A stretch of 59,515 bases of DNA, counting the filler. It is 5 parts of 5 records of this genome, joined end to end, with 100 filler letters (N's around TTAATTAATTAA, not from the genome) between each part and the next. Parts side by side here need not be neighbours in the genome. Positions count along the whole stretch, not along the records: positions 53,227 to 59,515 come from DRR378314_542; 4 more parts are not named here. The stretch is one strand, 5' to 3'. Below are positions 59,489 to 59,515 of the stretch, in pieces. Position numbers and translations under genes: made by a program. How positions within the stretch are numbered: position 1 is the first letter of the stretch; each line of letters starts with the position of its first letter. The notes below the pieces were generated by a model. It searched no databases and was not told the origin of the DNA. It saw nothing but the letters and a program-made list of their open reading frames with translations.

Positions 59489-59515
59489 TGTTGTTGTTGT
59501 TGTTGTTGTTGTTGT
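59489..59515. repeat. (TGT)n microsatellite at sequence end
   Basis: Nine perfect TGT units running to the end. Confidence 0.9.

Noticed and set aside
27823-59515. Hundreds of short Arg/Cys/Ala-rich ORFs
   Set aside because: Random frames in introns and intergenic DNA; only spliced exons with family motifs were kept

Overview
The window is not one locus. It is five contigs joined by identical 100-bp artificial linkers (44 N + TTAATTAATTAA + 44 N). (1) 1-8792 is a high-GC Rhodobacteraceae/Roseobacter-type fragment: ilvE, MarR + OmpR-type regulator pair (petP/petR-like), HDAC-xseB-ispA-dxs, an AT-rich islet hiding a 39-aa basic ORF missed by the ORF track, an SDR and a methyltransferase. (2) 8893-27722 is a high-GC gammaproteobacterial (Alcanivorax-like) fragment: hydrolase, thiolase, a SigK-like ECF sigma/anti-sigma pair divergent from a DUF4331-lipoprotein-TPR-HupE/UreJ operon, cvfB, DUF2058, DUF4262, a beta-barrel, an acyltransferase and thiC(3')-nudF-yqiB-cpdA-yqiA-parE-parC. 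(3-5) 27823-59515 is intron-rich eukaryotic DNA in which most listed ORFs are spurious. Manual splicing recovers an LtrA-family membrane protein, UTP15, KRTCAP2, TM9SF, CLP1 and two poorly assignable genes. The best candidate for an uncharacterised system is the ECF-controlled DUF4331 operon. It has twin back-to-back GCATCC-N16-CGTAT promoters, a SigK-type Cys pair in the sigma factor and predicted His-bearing mature N-termini, which suggests a redox- or envelope-triggered metal-handling module. Family names and taxa come from motif recognition only; no searches were run.
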